The notes beneath the pieces are model-generated. The model did no database searches. It saw nothing but the letters and a program-made list of their open reading frames with translations, and was not told the DNA's origin. A DNA stretch of 64,000 bases from Anolis carolinensis. Lineage: Eukaryota. The stretch covers positions 87,582,782 to 87,646,781 of the forward strand of contig NC_085842.1 of the NCBI RefSeq assembly GCF_035594765.1, given 5' to 3'. A program made the position numbers and the translations under genes. Each line of letters opens with the position of its first letter. The first letter of the stretch is position 1. This document shows, in pieces, positions 63,174 to 64,000 of this stretch.

Positions 63174-64000
63174 ACCCCACTGATTTCTGCAGGCCTGGAT
63201 GTCCAAATGTATGCATCCCAATTCAGATGGAAGTTTTAGTGAGTTCCATGGGACTTTTCCTCAGTTACCGGTAAATCTGGATGGGACTGCATATAAATGA
63301 CTTAGGACCAAATTATGTGATGGCATGGAAACTAATAGTAAACAAAAACTACCAAAAGCTTTATGACACCTTTAAAATGAATAGATTTATGATAGCACGA
63401 GCTATTGCAGAGTAGAATCCACTCCCTGAGATACATATAAGTAAACTGTAGTTACAAAAGCATTTGCTATAAGCTATCTGTTGCTTTTAAAGGTGCTTGT
63501 AGATCTTTGTTGTTTTACTGCATTAGAGAATTATCACTAACCTGGAATTGTTCTAACAATAGGCAAATTTAATTGCTTCTAATGGAGACAATGGAAAGAA
63601 AATGTGTGTTGCAAGGTAGCAAGGTAATAAAGGTTGGGAGTCTCTTATCTACAATTCTTGAGATCAGAAGTGTTTTGGATTTCAGGTTCTTTTGGAAACC
63701 TGTATGTGCATATATGTACACAATAGTCTATCTTGGAGATGGGAGCCAAATATAAAATTCATTTATGTTTCATACATCTTACATAGCCTGAAGATTTTAT
63801 ATATATAATTTTAAATATTTTGTGAATGAAGCAAAGTTTTTTTAAAGAATATTCTTATTTTTTATTAGAACACACAATTGATGTATAAAACTACAAATAC
63901 CTACATCTATATAGTGTTCAAAGTTTTAAGAATATTGAATCATCAGAAAGCAAGTGTATGACTTGCTACTCATATGGGCAATTTGGGAGTATTTTGGAAT

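Overview
Vertebrate nuclear DNA from a squamate reptile. Sauria SINEs and SPIN-type, Penelope and R4 elements point to Anolis or a close relative (inference). I assembled six spliced genes by hand from GT-AG sites with consistent phases. On the + strand: (1) a complete SCAN-KRAB-C2H2 zinc-finger gene (725 aa) and (2) a six-exon, 392-aa gene with a class I Rab11-FIP-type C2 domain but no Rab11-binding domain. On the - strand: (3) B4GALT7 (315 aa), (4) TMED9 (227 aa), (5) LMAN2/VIP36 (356 aa) and (6) the last four coding exons of a divergent ARL3-like GTPase. Introns and spacers are dense with transposons: CR1, L2, R4/Dong, RTE/BovB, Vingi-like and Penelope retroelements, two SINE families, several MITE families and a 2-kb non-autonomous Helitron. 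Best leads: the RBD-less Rab11-FIP-like gene (possible fourth ohnolog), the ARL3 paralog with altered switch II, the cargo-loaded Helitron in a nested stack, minimal hammerhead ribozymes in Penelope termini, and one hAT MITE family beside all five visible promoters. All assignments come from motif recognition by eye; no searches were run.
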